From Octopus sinensis (lineage: Eukaryota), in NCBI RefSeq assembly GCF_006345805.1, contig NC_043010.1, positions 67,952,001 through 68,016,000 on the forward strand: a stretch of 64,000 nt of DNA. Reading direction: 5' to 3'. Positions 63,643-64,000 of this stretch are shown here, piece by piece. Numbering within the stretch: position 1 is the stretch's first letter; each line of letters starts with the position of its first letter. Under the pieces are notes generated by a model that saw only the letters and a program-made list of their open reading frames with translations, ran no database searches and was not told where the DNA came from. The position numbers and the translations under genes are program-made.

Positions 63643-64000
63643 TTCTAAAACGTTACTTCACCATGGTGGTTGGTACTAGAGGCAAAGAGAAGCAAGGTCC
63701 ACACATACACACACACATATATTGTTTACCTCTTAAGAATTTATAAGCTTTGAGAGAGAAATGAAGTAAATTTCTTTTAGCAGTGGAATTCCAAGTATTT
63801 CACTGTTCTGTGAAAATATGTCGAGCCATGTAGAAATATTTACCATGCTTGGAAACAGGTAGAGGTTGGCAACAAAAGGAGCAACCGGCCATAGAAGATC
63901 TACCTCAAACTTTGCCTGACCCATGCAGTTATGGAATATGGTTGTTGTGTGTGTATGTGTGTGTGTGTATATATATGTGTGTGTGTATGTGTATATATGT

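Overview
Eukaryotic, very repeat-rich genomic DNA with one 100-N gap (19305-19404). The mix of tRNA-derived SINEs, TTAA-flanked MITEs, Tc1/mariner relics and dense (CA)/(TA)/(CT) microsatellites looks like a coleoid cephalopod, probably Octopus (recognition, not a database result). Almost all ORFs in the supplied track are microsatellite or SINE artefacts. The window appears to be mostly intronic sequence of one large + strand protein-coding gene that I cannot name. Its candidate exons are 5077-5328, 5503-5913, a possible alternative first coding exon 23136-23189, a 16-nt microexon 39709-39724 and 57340-57415, and their splice phases chain in frame. Mobile elements: two dead DD37D (maT-type) transposons, one dead mariner with TIRs and TA TSD, two RTE-LINE fragments (one with an 11-bp TSD), non-autonomous Helitron-like elements, piggyBac-type MITEs and at least five SINE families. 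Best leads: a minimal type-I hammerhead-ribozyme-like motif in a Penelope-like relic, an intronic pre-miRNA-like hairpin, a SINE fragment inside an open exon, several local inverted duplications that would form long intronic dsRNA, a possible antisense exon, a SINE-mediated 1.54-kb tandem duplication and two cryptic palindrome-core arrays.
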